Shown here: positions 1-9,700 of the stretch, piece by piece
How the letters are laid out: every line of letters starts with the position of its first letter
Position numbering within the stretch: position 1 is the first letter of the stretch
IMG/VR virus record: IMGVR_UViG_3300045256_000426
Location: 1-56,040 of that record
Direction: 5' to 3' (one strand)
Length of the DNA stretch: 56,040 nt
Origin: a virus
Taxonomy: Duplodnaviria; Caudoviricetes
Program-made: the position numbers and the translations under genes
Notes under the pieces: model-generated
Databases searched by the model: none
What the model was told of the DNA's origin: nothing
Seen by the model: the letters and a program-made list of their open reading frames with translations, nothing else

Positions 1-369
1 GGCAGAAGGCCCGACCTCACGTACCCCCTCGGGGCCGTAGCGAAGACGAGGACGTTGTAGCGCGGCTGCCTTCTGCGTGTCTCCCGCGGTGATACCGAGA
101 GTATCCGGGATCGTAGGTTCGGCCGGAGGGGGATTCGGTGTCGAGGGAGAGGGTACCGAGGGAGGGGGTACCTCGCGTACCCCTTCCGGGCCGTAACGAA
201 GACGAAGACGCGACGCCGAGGCGGGCGTTGTCTCCGCCGCCTCCGTGGCCTTTGTCGCGGCGCCCTGCGCGGCCGGCGTCCCTAGCCGTTTGCCGAGCGC
301 ACCGAGCGTTTCCTCGGCTTTCTCTACGATGTCCGGGTGTACGCCGGCGCCGAAGCGCTGGGCGATCGA
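1..369. repeat. Terminal direct repeat or circular overlap, copy 1 (matches 55672-56040)
   Basis: Base-by-base alignment with offset 55671; about 12 substitutions, no indels. Confidence 0.95.
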
Positions 370-771
370 ACGAACGAGTGGACCAATCCGCGAGCCCATC
401 CGCGACAGCGTTTCTGGAAGCTTGGTGATACCAGGCCCAACGGCGGTAGCGATTAGGGCGACGTCGCGCAAGGCATCCCCAACGCGGCTGCCGGCCGTTT
501 CATGCTCCGGCCCAAACATCGTACCCGGTGGAAAGATGACGTCCCGTGTGAATCGGGCGACGTCACCGAGTGAAACCGGGTTAACGACGTCCTTGGTTGG
601 CTGCTGCTCGGGCGGAGAGACGAGAAGATCCGTGTACTTCTTGTACTCCGGATATTTCTTGCCGATTAGACTGGCTAGCTCGTGGTCGGCGAGGCTATTA
701 TAGTCGGGGTATTTCGCTCGGACCGCCGCGAGGAACTCCGCCGGAGAGGCTTCGACGGGTAGCGACGGCAC
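1..771 (-). CDS. 5' part of a large (~930 aa) internal virion/ejection protein that continues across the junction into 56040-53650
   Basis: GTG at 771 follows the stop of 775..1794; frame is open to the window edge and in frame with 53650..55650; N-terminus AKYPDYNSLADHELASLIGKKYPEY resembles N-termini of large phage virion proteins. Confidence 0.75.
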   Translation of the reverse strand, partial: MPSLPVEASPAEFLAAVRAKYPDYNSLADHELASLIGKKYPEYKKYTDLLVSPPEQQPTKDVVNPVSLGDVARFTRDVIFPPGTMFGPEHETAGSRVGDALRDVALIATAVGPGITKLPETLSRMGSRIGPLVRSIAQRFGAGVHPDIVEKAEETLGALGKRLGTPAAQGAATKATEAAETTPASASRLRLRYGPEGVREVPPPSVPSPSTPNPPPAEPTIPDTLGITAGDTQKAAALQRPRLRYGPEGVREVGPSA

Positions 772-774
772 GGG

Positions 775-1794
775 CTATTGCTCCTCGGCTTCTTCGTCTT
801 CGTCCCGTTCCTGTTCGCGGACGGGTCCGGGGAGAGGCTCGGCGGGGGCGAAGAGCCCCAGTGGATCCCGTACAGGCCGGGCCGGTTTCTGTTGCTGCTG
901 CGGCTGCTGCTGCTGCTGTCCTGGTGCCTGCGGGTTCCCGAAGAGCCAGGATTTCAGCCACGCGCCGATACCACCGCCCTGGTTCCCCGACATGATCTTC
1001 TGGAGAGCCGGCGGCATAGACTTCTGGGGAGGTAGGCTAGGATCCTGAATGCCAAGTTTCTGGAGCTCCAAACGATACAGATGATCGTGGAGCCACTGCA
1101 TGGATTCGAGCCGGTCGCTCATGTTCCCAAGAAGATCGAACTGTTTCCCGATGCCGGACTCGCTGACGAGACGGTCCAGCATCAGCCCGGCATTCGTAGA
1201 GGCACGCGCACGAAGATTCCCGAGCTGGGCGGACGTTGGCGCCGTCTGGCGCTGCCCTTCGGGCATGATGACTTTCCCAGTAGGTACATCGACAAGTCCG
1301 ACGCCGTAGACGTTCCGAACGACCGGCTTGAGGGGCTCGATGGCTTTACGGCCGTAGTACATACTACGGGCCAAGTCCATCTCGGCCACCGCTCGCCTCC
1401 GAGCGGTCTCAGCGTCGATCTCCGCGGCGGTGGCCTCGGGACCACGCAGCGCCCGGACGTAGTCCGTGTATTTCATCCCACCGAAGGGCTTCACCAACTG
1501 CGCCTGCGTCTTCGGGAAGATGTCCGGGTACTCGCCGGCAATCGACACGAAGGATTCCCCGTTCGCGAGCCGCTGTAGGGCTTCCTGCTGCCGGGCGTAC
1601 ATCCGCTGCGCCGTTGCCAGTTGGGCCTGTTGTAGCCCGATCTTCAGCGGTAGCTCGGCCGCGGTCCCGGTGTTTGCGAGGGAAGCGTGTGCGAGCCGCT
1701 CGCCGCGTTCCTGGCCGGATAGCATCCCGGAGAATATGTCACCGATGGCCTTCGAGAGGGCGCCGGCCGCGAGACTACTACCGTCGTACGGCAT
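775..1794 (-). CDS. Putative internal virion (ejection) protein
   Basis: 339-aa Ala/Gln-rich helical ORF downstream of the nozzle gene in a podovirus-like gene order. Confidence 0.6.
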   Translation of the reverse strand: MPYDGSSLAAGALSKAIGDIFSGMLSGQERGERLAHASLANTGTAAELPLKIGLQQAQLATAQRMYARQQEALQRLANGESFVSIAGEYPDIFPKTQAQLVKPFGGMKYTDYVRALRGPEATAAEIDAETARRRAVAEMDLARSMYYGRKAIEPLKPVVRNVYGVGLVDVPTGKVIMPEGQRQTAPTSAQLGNLRARASTNAGLMLDRLVSESGIGKQFDLLGNMSDRLESMQWLHDHLYRLELQKLGIQDPSLPPQKSMPPALQKIMSGNQGGGIGAWLKSWLFGNPQAPGQQQQQPQQQQKPARPVRDPLGLFAPAEPLPGPVREQERDEDEEAEEQ

Positions 1795-1796
1795 GG

Positions 1797-2609
1797 CTAG
1801 TACCCCTGGCTCCCATACGGATCTTCGTAACTACCGCTGTCGTAGCCCGTACCCCGTATGGTATTGGCGTAGGCCGGAAGATACTGCGACGGAGCTGGCG
1901 TCGCGGGTCCGCCGGTAGCCCACGGACTCTGGAAGACATCGCCGTAGGGGCTGGTGTTGTAGACCGAAGGCATAGCCCCGTACACGTACCCGCTGCGCCA
2001 CGGGCCGGGACTCGTAGGCATAATATTCCGCGTATCAGCTTGTCCAGGGTTCCCGTTCGGGTCCATCCCCAGCGCCTTGCGGAGGATCTGCATGTATTCC
2101 TGGTTGCGTCTCTGCGCGGCCTCGTACTCCAGCGCCTTGCCCATCGCCCCGAAGTCGCCGATTACCGGCGGGACGGGAAGTTGCTGCGGGAGTGGCCGTC
2201 CCATCAACGCCTGGAGCTGCTGCATCCTTGCGGAACGAGCGATATCCGCAGCCTGCTGGTAGCGTTCGGCTTCTGTCTTCGCCAGTCCCTCCGACACCAA
2301 CGCGTCGGCATACCCACCCTGCAATCGGGCATTAGGGTTGTTCGCCTGGAGAGCACGAACAGCCGCGGCGTGCGCGGCGTCCGACAACGGCGTGTAGTAT
2401 TGATTGATATCGAGTGGACGATTCGCCAGGGCGCTAAGCTCCGCCGCTCGCTGCGCTTCGATAGCGCGCTGACGCTTCGCTTCGGCCATCTGCCGTTGGT
2501 AGCCGTACAGCGAGGAGACGAGTGCCCCGCCGGTCCCGAGGGCGCCGAGGGCCTGCGGCCACGAGATGCCCTTGAGGTAATTCCCGAGATCGCTGAAGTT
2601 GAAATCCAT
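1797..2609 (-). CDS. Putative ejection/pilot protein
   Basis: Gly/Ala-rich hydrophobic N-terminus (ALGALGTGGALVSSLYG) followed by coiled coil; gene position. Confidence 0.6.
   Translation of the reverse strand: MDFNFSDLGNYLKGISWPQALGALGTGGALVSSLYGYQRQMAEAKRQRAIEAQRAAELSALANRPLDINQYYTPLSDAAHAAAVRALQANNPNARLQGGYADALVSEGLAKTEAERYQQAADIARSARMQQLQALMGRPLPQQLPVPPVIGDFGAMGKALEYEAAQRRNQEYMQILRKALGMDPNGNPGQADTRNIMPTSPGPWRSGYVYGAMPSVYNTSPYGDVFQSPWATGGPATPAPSQYLPAYANTIRGTGYDSGSYEDPYGSQGY
1860..1923. repeat. 64-bp perfect direct repeat, copy 1 (copy 2 at 4356-4419)
   Basis: Identical sequence; encodes WATGGPATPAPSQYLPAYANT in both genes. Confidence 0.95.
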
Positions 2610-2618
2610 AGAGGGATC

Positions 2619-3047
2619 CTAGAAGATGAAGAGGCTGGCGTAGGGATCTTTGGGGTTCACACCACCAAACGCGGCCATCGCTTCCGGCGTAGCTACTCCG
2701 CCGCTGTAAATTCCGCGCTGTTGCATGTCCGGGCTCGGCGTCCGACGAACATTGCTACTGGACCCCCCGACCGTCGTCGGGTCCGGCAAAGGTTGGTAGG
2801 CACCGCCAGTACCGGGGTAGGACGTGCCTGTCGTGGGCATCCGTGGCGCGTCGGGCCGGAGTAGAAGGGGAAGCAGTGGCCCGAGCCCGCCCATCAACGA
2901 GCCCATAGTCGAGATATTGGGGAGGGCGTCGTAGGCTTTGCCAGCGATACTGCCGAGGCTGCCGCCCAGGTCGAAGCTACCGCCGCCTTCGCCACCACCG
3001 AACAGCGACCCCAACCCGCGAAAGAGAGAAGTGAACCAGTCAAGCAT
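2619..3047 (-). CDS. Putative small ejection protein
   Basis: Amphipathic N-terminus MLDWFTSLFRGLGSLFGG, Gly-rich; tightly packed between neighbours. Confidence 0.55.
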   Translation of the reverse strand: MLDWFTSLFRGLGSLFGGGEGGGSFDLGGSLGSIAGKAYDALPNISTMGSLMGGLGPLLPLLLRPDAPRMPTTGTSYPGTGGAYQPLPDPTTVGGSSSNVRRTPSPDMQQRGIYSGGVATPEAMAAFGGVNPKDPYASLFIF

Positions 3048-3050
3048 GGT

Positions 3051-4889
3051 TTATCCGTACTGTGGAGGTGTGCCGTAGATCCAGCCGCCCTGTCCGTCGG
3101 GGATGATGCTGCGGCCGAAGATCTCCGTCGCCGTTGGCCCCGCATCGCCGCCCGTCTGCACCTGTAGGAGCGAGGCGGGCACCGCCGATCCGGCCTGGCC
3201 GGCAGAATCGAAGGCCGCGAGAAGGTTCCGAGCCTGTTGGTAGACGTCACCACGGGCGGGGTTCTGCGCGAAGTATTTGCCGAAGTACGGCTCCCACACG
3301 CCGGATCCGAAGCCCTGATCGCCACCGAACCGCATCAGCTTAGCCAGGTCGGTCGCCTGGGCACGCTGCGAATCGGCGTCGGTACTAGCTCCAGCAGCAC
3401 CCGACCATGTCGGAAGCGCGTTGAGGTAGCTCCCGACGAGGCCTAGGCGGTTGTTCTCGACGAACTGCTGCGCGGTTGGATCCCCCTTCGCTGCAAGTTC
3501 GAGGATCGGCCGAACCTGATCGACGTAGGCATTAAGCTGTTGATTGATCGGGGCGAGTTGCCGGTCGAGTGGGCCCCACTCCCAGAACCCACCACGTGCC
3601 GGGTCGTAGCCGAAGATGCCAGAGCTACGGCTCTTCGCGGCGTTGATCGCGCTGTCGAGCTCGGACGGTGAACCTGCCCATCTCAGGGCATTCTCAAAAT
3701 CCCGGATGGCGCCGGGCGCCATTCCTGCCGCCGCCCTCTGGTCGTGGGCGTACGAGGAATACCCGACACCGGCATCGCCGAAGATCCCTTCGATCGCCGC
3801 TTGAAAGACGGGAGCGTAGAAGGCAAGGGCGCCAAGGGCCGGAGCAATCGCGCCCGTCGCGGCCTCGGCCATCGTACCGCCCATGGTCGCCGCTGTGGCG
3901 AGTTCGGGAGGCGCACCGAGCTGCCTGAGGAGCAGACCGAGGGCCGCGTTCGCGGCGCCCGCGCCCAGCGAACCTGCAAGGGAAGAGCCAGCACTGGCAG
4001 CCCCGCCTGCACCGGACGCGGCCCCTCCTGCGCTAGCACCCGCGCCCGCTGCGCCGGCCCCCGTCGCCGCCGTGTTCCCACCGAAGCCTAGGATCTCGTT
4101 TCCTAGATTCCCCTCTGTTATCGCCTTCGCCCAACCTAGGACCTGGTCTGCGGGAAGCACCCCCCCGTATTGGGAGAGCATCTGGTTCGCCAGATTGATC
4201 ATGGACTGCTGCCCGGCTCCGAGCGGTGCCTCCAGGGTACCCCCTACTCCCCCAACCGACAGTCCTTGGCTAGGACCCGCAGGCGCAGTACTACCGCCGT
4301 AATTACCGTTGGCTATTTTCTGGAATTCGTCGAAGCTGAGGTTGGCGCCTCGCACGGTATTGGCGTAGGCCGGAAGATACTGCGACGGAGCTGGCGTCGC
4401 GGGTCCGCCGGTAGCCCACAGGCTCTGGCCAGAAAGCGCGGATGCGATGCCGCCTGCCGCGCCTCCTCCAGTACTCCCAGCACTACGTAGCTGGTCCGAG
4501 AGGGACACCCCGCCCGTATCCCCACGCGTCGGTCCGCTCTTGAAGAGATCGATCAGGTTCTTGACGGCCTTCATCGCCGAATCGGGGCTGATGCCGCCGG
4601 GCTGTGCCCTGCCACCACCGCCTGCTGCGGGTGTAGGCTCGCCCACGGGAATGTTCGCTCCGCCATCCTGCGCGGCTTGGGCCGCTTTCAGGACCGCCTG
4701 GTTTGGATCGGCCGCCGCGCCCGGGGTGAATAACGCGCCCTTCGCCTTGCGGATGATCTCGTCGAGGTTCTGGCCTGGCCCAGCCGGTGGTTCCGACAGG
4801 GGATTCACGCCGGTCTGGAACGCCTGCGGCTGGAAAAGCGGCGACGAGAACGGAGAGACCGTGATACTCGAAGGGAACTCTAGAGCCAT
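3051..4889 (-). CDS. Putative ejection/internal virion protein with membrane-spanning segment
   Basis: 612 aa, Gly/Ala-rich with hydrophobic stretches; gene position. Confidence 0.6.
   Translation of the reverse strand: MALEFPSSITVSPFSSPLFQPQAFQTGVNPLSEPPAGPGQNLDEIIRKAKGALFTPGAAADPNQAVLKAAQAAQDGGANIPVGEPTPAAGGGGRAQPGGISPDSAMKAVKNLIDLFKSGPTRGDTGGVSLSDQLRSAGSTGGGAAGGIASALSGQSLWATGGPATPAPSQYLPAYANTVRGANLSFDEFQKIANGNYGGSTAPAGPSQGLSVGGVGGTLEAPLGAGQQSMINLANQMLSQYGGVLPADQVLGWAKAITEGNLGNEILGFGGNTAATGAGAAGAGASAGGAASGAGGAASAGSSLAGSLGAGAANAALGLLLRQLGAPPELATAATMGGTMAEAATGAIAPALGALAFYAPVFQAAIEGIFGDAGVGYSSYAHDQRAAAGMAPGAIRDFENALRWAGSPSELDSAINAAKSRSSGIFGYDPARGGFWEWGPLDRQLAPINQQLNAYVDQVRPILELAAKGDPTAQQFVENNRLGLVGSYLNALPTWSGAAGASTDADSQRAQATDLAKLMRFGGDQGFGSGVWEPYFGKYFAQNPARGDVYQQARNLLAAFDSAGQAGSAVPASLLQVQTGGDAGPTATEIFGRSIIPDGQGGWIYGTPPQYG
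4356..4419. repeat. 64-bp perfect direct repeat, copy 2
   Basis: Identical to 1860-1923. Confidence 0.95.
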
Positions 4890-4897
4890 GAGGTTTC

Positions 4898-5458
4898 CTA
4901 GCCTTCCCGCCAGCCCCTAAAGTATTTCAGCTTGAGGGAACCGGCAGTGGCGTTGCCGAAGGTGATCCCGATGGACGTGGTATCCACGTTCGGAAGGTCC
5001 ACATTCGGCATGACGTTGAAGACCGACGTGCCATCGGCGATCTTGATGTGCAGGGGACGAGGAACGTCCGTCGTATCGTGCGGTCCCATCCAGGCGCGGA
5101 TGATGCCCCCGCCGGACGCGGCGTTCGTGAGAAGAGTGGCGGCGGTGACCCCGCTCCCATTCACACGGAAGGTGAGGGAGGGTTGGAGCGTAGCTCCCGA
5201 CGTCGACCAGGAGAAAGACACGATCCAAAGAACGGTCTTGGTCTTGACGACGGAGAAGCTGTAGTCCTTTGTGACCGTCCCACCAATCGTCAGCGTCGTA
5301 AGCGTGTCGTCCGCTAGGCCCTGCTGGAACACCCCGACCGTATCCGGGATGTTCTGGGCATTGAACGTGTTGTACAACGTTACGATGTCGGCGGACTTGG
5401 CAACCTGGCCCGGTGCCAGGGTTGACGGGACGGTTAGGTTCTGCGAGATAATCGGCAC
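4898..5458 (-). CDS. Virion structural protein (tail-associated, beta-rich)
   Basis: Thr/Ser/Val-rich 186-aa ORF right after the nozzle gene; GTG start. Confidence 0.55.
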   Translation of the reverse strand: MPIISQNLTVPSTLAPGQVAKSADIVTLYNTFNAQNIPDTVGVFQQGLADDTLTTLTIGGTVTKDYSFSVVKTKTVLWIVSFSWSTSGATLQPSLTFRVNGSGVTAATLLTNAASGGGIIRAWMGPHDTTDVPRPLHIKIADGTSVFNVMPNVDLPNVDTTSIGITFGNATAGSLKLKYFRGWREG

Positions 5459-5462
5459 GGGG

Positions 5463-7043
5463 TTATTTCTCCGCGTTCGTGAGCGGTTTCGGCCGGGCCT
5501 GGATTTCTATGCTACGAAGACGTACAGGACCGGAGCCGGAAATATCGGCAGTGACGGCGGAAGCGGTTTGTAGGATATCCACCGACTGGCGCCCGTCGAC
5601 CGTGTTCAACGTATCCCATACCATGCTGTCCCAGGCCCCGATATTCCAAAGACTGGTTGTGGAGGTCCCACCGTATGTCACGGTCTTCGAGACCGGGTTC
5701 CCAATCCCGAGGAGCGTGTTGGAGACGGTTACGTCTTCGGTAGGCGTGTATAGGAAATCGAGTAGCATCCGTCGCCAGAAGGCGTAGCGGCTCGGGCTCC
5801 CAAGATTGAAGGGCCGGGTCCGCAGGGACCAAGTAATCGCCACGCCGTTATCGGATGTTGCCCCCGAGAACAACGAGACGATCTGGCCCGTACCGAAGGT
5901 CCCAGCGTGAATGACGGGTGTGGATCCGGGGACCGAGAACAACGACAGGCAGCTGAAATCTACGGGGAAGTCGCAAATCGACCACGCTCGTCGGACCAGG
6001 TCGTAGACGAACAGCCGCGTCAGGCCATTGCCCGTGAGGGGACACGCGGCGATGTAGAGCGGGGGGTTCTGGGATTGTACCGACCAGCTACGATCGATCG
6101 CGTTGAAGTTGAGTCCGGTGATATCGTCTCGACCGTAGATATACGGCCGGACTTCCTCCGAGATCAAACGATCGTCCACGCCGTTGAATAGCGCGAAGCC
6201 TTTGTGGGTGAGGCGGATGATACCGAAGCCCGACACGAACTGGATCGTCCGTGGGGCCGTACACCCCATATCGCTCTTGACCTTCTGGATCGAGAAGTTC
6301 GCGGCCCCGAAGACGCTGACGACCTGGTAGGTGCTGTAGTTCTTGAACAGCACTAGGGTTTGCGTGGGGCTAATGCCCGTCTCCGCGATGGTGTACGTCG
6401 CCATCCCCATCCCGACCTGGCCGTCGTCCTTCGCGACGAACGCCTGGTTGGCGTTGGGCCAGCTGTTCGGGTTGTTGACATCGGACATCCGAAGGGACGA
6501 GGGGCCATCGAGGGCGGTGGTGGATGTAGATGTGTTCCACAACCACAGACTGCCGAGATGGAACGCAATGTGGGCTGCGCCTGGGGGAGTCGTCTGTCCG
6601 GCCTGCGCGGTAATGGCAGGGGCGCTGGTCCCATCGAATTGTACGGGCGTCGCTCCGTTCCCACGAGCGATGATTTCCGTGTCGACCATCGTCACGGATT
6701 GCGGGAGGAGGATGGCGGGGTTCGTCAGGGTTCCGATGCCCGTCCACGGGTTCGTATCCGTTCGGAATAGCTGCGTGGTCCCGCTGACGTTCTGGATCGC
6801 AAAGGGAATCGACGTGCCGTTTGCCTTGTTCAGAACGCCACGATAGATGATCGGGGAGTTCGTGAGGTTCGGCGACGTCGTGACCACGCTGTAGCCATCC
6901 CGCGTACGGAGCGACCCGTGCTCGTCGAGGATCAGGTTCCGAATACGCTGAACCTGTTTGTCCCCCGTCAGGTACGGGTTAGAGACGGCGTTTACCCCGC
7001 CCGAGAAATCAATCTGGGCGATGGGGACCAGCGTAGAAGGCAT
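5463..7043 (-). CDS. Tail nozzle / packaged-DNA stabilisation protein (P22 gp10 / T7 gp12-like role)
   Basis: N-terminal DFSGGVN...RNLILDEHGSLRTRDG, internal MGCTAPRTI and VYDLVRRAWS; 526 aa; follows the adaptor gene. Confidence 0.75.
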   Translation of the reverse strand: MPSTLVPIAQIDFSGGVNAVSNPYLTGDKQVQRIRNLILDEHGSLRTRDGYSVVTTSPNLTNSPIIYRGVLNKANGTSIPFAIQNVSGTTQLFRTDTNPWTGIGTLTNPAILLPQSVTMVDTEIIARGNGATPVQFDGTSAPAITAQAGQTTPPGAAHIAFHLGSLWLWNTSTSTTALDGPSSLRMSDVNNPNSWPNANQAFVAKDDGQVGMGMATYTIAETGISPTQTLVLFKNYSTYQVVSVFGAANFSIQKVKSDMGCTAPRTIQFVSGFGIIRLTHKGFALFNGVDDRLISEEVRPYIYGRDDITGLNFNAIDRSWSVQSQNPPLYIAACPLTGNGLTRLFVYDLVRRAWSICDFPVDFSCLSLFSVPGSTPVIHAGTFGTGQIVSLFSGATSDNGVAITWSLRTRPFNLGSPSRYAFWRRMLLDFLYTPTEDVTVSNTLLGIGNPVSKTVTYGGTSTTSLWNIGAWDSMVWDTLNTVDGRQSVDILQTASAVTADISGSGPVRLRSIEIQARPKPLTNAEK

Positions 7044-7046
7044 GTG

Positions 7047-7247
7047 TTAGCAGTCCGGGCCCGCTTCGTGACCGGAGGGATGCTCTAGATGATCCACACG
7101 TACTTCCAGGGAACGAATGCGCGTGGCGGTGTGGTTCATGATCTGCCGGTACAGATACCAGAAGGCACGGGCCCCCACCGCGATGACCATCGAGGTATAG
7201 ATGTAGCTGCCAAGTACTAGGTACTGCAACAAATCCATGGGGTGCAT
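7047..7247 (-). CDS. Small membrane protein
   Basis: 66 aa, one hydrophobic helix then coiled coil; fills the gap between flanking genes. Confidence 0.55.
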   Translation of the reverse strand: MHPMDLLQYLVLGSYIYTSMVIAVGARAFWYLYRQIMNHTATRIRSLEVRVDHLEHPSGHEAGPDC

Positions 7248-7248
7248 G

Positions 7249-8139
7249 CTATGGGATGTATACGCGGCCGCCCCAGAGATGGGGACCAGGAGGACCGAGG
7301 CGAATCTGTAGTCCCTGTTTCAGACCGGCTTTGTTGTGGAGTTTGTTGGCGAGATCCCCGACCAGCTGTTTGAAATCCAGGAGACCTTGTCGGGCCGTCA
7401 TGTGATCCTGCTCCGTCTCCCGGACCTTCGAGAGGATATAGAGCTCCAGCAACGGCCACAGCCCTTGTGGAATCTCGACGGTGTCCGTGACGTTGACGAG
7501 CTTGGCAGGAGTACGGGTGCCCTTCCAGAAGATATTGCCCTCAAGCACGGTAGCCCCGTTGGGATGGGTAGAAGCTACCGTACCGCCCTGTCCCCGGAGG
7601 ACGTTCGTTACGACCCCCGTGGTCGTATCGATGTTGCGGTAGAGGATGATCTCGCTCTCGATTTGGAGATACCCGTATGGCCTGATACCCGTGGGGTTTG
7701 CAACCGTGAAGGTCTTGTCCGTCGCCCCGATCGCACCGGAGAGCGTGGTACTTGCCCCGGTACGGTTCGGTGCGGGCCAGACGTGCATACGCGGTGTGGC
7801 GTGAATCGAATGCGGGCCGAACCACCAAGACCGCCCCGTCACTTTCGTGGTGAACAGGTCGTCGAGGACCGCCGTCCGCGTTAGCGGAAGATTGTCAAAC
7901 CACACCTGGTCCACACCAATCCACATGGGGTCGATCTCGTACGTATCCATGCCCGACGTGCTCTGGATAGCACCCCAGTCTTGGATGACCGGAGCATCGG
8001 TGCACAGAATCCGGCCGGCATCGTTAAGCCAACGGAGCAGAGTCGCGCGGGAGAACGTCCCATCATCGGTCTGGACGTTGGCCACCCGATCGGGGATCTG
8101 GTCGCGGACGGATGCGATGATATCGGTAGCGTCAGCCAC
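7249..8139 (-). CDS. Head-tail adaptor (tail tubular protein A-like) with an inserted beta domain
   Basis: DIIASVRDQI...LLRWLNDA N-terminus, VWPAP motif, EIPQG helix; internal TTLSGAI...RGQGGTVASTHPNGATV module. Confidence 0.7.
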   Translation of the reverse strand: MADATDIIASVRDQIPDRVANVQTDDGTFSRATLLRWLNDAGRILCTDAPVIQDWGAIQSTSGMDTYEIDPMWIGVDQVWFDNLPLTRTAVLDDLFTTKVTGRSWWFGPHSIHATPRMHVWPAPNRTGASTTLSGAIGATDKTFTVANPTGIRPYGYLQIESEIILYRNIDTTTGVVTNVLRGQGGTVASTHPNGATVLEGNIFWKGTRTPAKLVNVTDTVEIPQGLWPLLELYILSKVRETEQDHMTARQGLLDFKQLVGDLANKLHNKAGLKQGLQIRLGPPGPHLWGGRVYIP

Positions 8140-8208
8140 AGGGTTGTCCTAGCCTCGGGAAGAAAGGGGGAGGGGGCACGCTGGGTACCCCCTCCCGGAG
8201 GGAACGAA

Positions 8209-8631
8209 CTACGCGGCGCCGAAGTCGACGTCGTAGGTACCAGTGTCGGTACCGCTAAACGTCACTTTCACGCGCCAGTACTGACGACGGACGCCATCCG
8301 GGATCATCCCGGTGACATAACCCGACGCCTTCCCGAACGCGCCAGCCGTCAGGTTGGTACGATCCGGCTGCCACATACCGATATCAACGACATCGGAGGC
8401 GAACGTCGCGCTCGAAGAACACTGGAGCGAGAAGATCGGGCCAACCGTACCCGTGCCGCCCGTGAATGCCTTCAGGGCGACGCACATGTAGCCGCCCTCG
8501 AATGCGGCCGAGCCGGCATCCTGAACGGCGGTGGTAGCGGTCTGATCCGCAAGCGTGAAGCGGGCCTTGGGGATCGGTACCACGATCTCCTTGTAGGGGG
8601 CGTTAGAGAAGCCTGTAATGGTCTGTGCCAT
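8209..8631 (-). CDS. Capsid-associated / decoration protein
   Basis: 140-aa beta-rich ORF directly after the capsid gene; C-terminal RQYWRVKVT. Confidence 0.55.
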   Translation of the reverse strand: MAQTITGFSNAPYKEIVVPIPKARFTLADQTATTAVQDAGSAAFEGGYMCVALKAFTGGTGTVGPIFSLQCSSSATFASDVVDIGMWQPDRTNLTAGAFGKASGYVTGMIPDGVRRQYWRVKVTFSGTDTGTYDVDFGAA

Positions 8632-8646
8632 AGTGTTATCTCCCCC

Positions 8647-9630
8647 CTATCCGTTCGAGATGTTCACGAGCGCCTGCTGCATCCGCGGATTCTTGACGAC
8701 CAGCTGCAAGGTCACGAAGATGTTGCTGATGAGCACACGCTGGTTACTCGGCTTGAGGAAGGAGTCGATGACGAAGTAGTCATCCTCGTGGAAGTACACG
8801 CAAATGTACTTCGTGTTGAGGAAGTACATCTCCTTCGCCGGGATGAACTGATCGTGCAGTACGACGGCGTTGTTGAAGACGAGGTGCCGCTTGAAGCCAG
8901 CGCGGGTCGTCTCCTCATCCGTGACGTACCGGATGTTGCCGACGAGCAGACCCCAGAAGGCGTTGAACGCCGCCTGGGTCGTCAGGATGGTATCCGGCTC
9001 TTCGTTCCCGAACGTGATCCGACCGTACTCGACCTGCATCGAGGTCAGGTCAAGGTTCGCGCCCAGGTTCTTGGGACCGTTGCCAGCGCCGGGGACCCAG
9101 AAGGAGTTCGCGGCCACCGACCGGTCCACACCACCGTAGACGGAGGTGCTGTCGTTGACGGCGAGCTCCAGAGAGTCGAGATCCATGGTGGTATTCTGCG
9201 GGGCGGTTCTGTACAGCGCTCGCGAGATCTTCTGGAGGAGAGACGCCATCGCGATCTCTTCCTTGGCCTTCACGAGGTCAATGACTCCCGTCGGACCCGA
9301 GTTGAACAGCAGGTCCGTGTAGGGAATCACAATGGGCTGATGATAGTGCCGCCACTGCCACTCAGCGGGCTGGATGCTATCGGAGAGCGACGTGTCGAGC
9401 ACGTTCGCGCCCCAGTACGCACCTCCCGGTGCTTCTTCGGCATACACGACCGGAACAACGATCGCGCTGCCTCCCTGGATCTTTCGACCCAACCGCGTAA
9501 GACGCCACCAGCTGGGAGACGGCTTGAAGATGGCGTCCACGAGCACTGGACGGAAATGCTTCTGACTGACAGCATTGGCCGTGTTGACCAGGCTCACAGG
9601 CGGCTGGGACACACTCACACCAACTGCCAT
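8647..9630 (-). CDS. Major capsid protein
   Basis: 327 aa after the scaffold gene; YGGVDRS...FW, PDTILTT and MYFLNTKY segments typical of HK97-fold podovirus capsids. Confidence 0.85.
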   Translation of the reverse strand: MAVGVSVSQPPVSLVNTANAVSQKHFRPVLVDAIFKPSPSWWRLTRLGRKIQGGSAIVVPVVYAEEAPGGAYWGANVLDTSLSDSIQPAEWQWRHYHQPIVIPYTDLLFNSGPTGVIDLVKAKEEIAMASLLQKISRALYRTAPQNTTMDLDSLELAVNDSTSVYGGVDRSVAANSFWVPGAGNGPKNLGANLDLTSMQVEYGRITFGNEEPDTILTTQAAFNAFWGLLVGNIRYVTDEETTRAGFKRHLVFNNAVVLHDQFIPAKEMYFLNTKYICVYFHEDDYFVIDSFLKPSNQRVLISNIFVTLQLVVKNPRMQQALVNISNG

Positions 9631-9700
9631 ATGAATGCTCCGAGAGCGGAGAGAGCGCTAGGTGGCCCCCTCCGGCTGGAGCTATCGTCCGACGAGCGAA

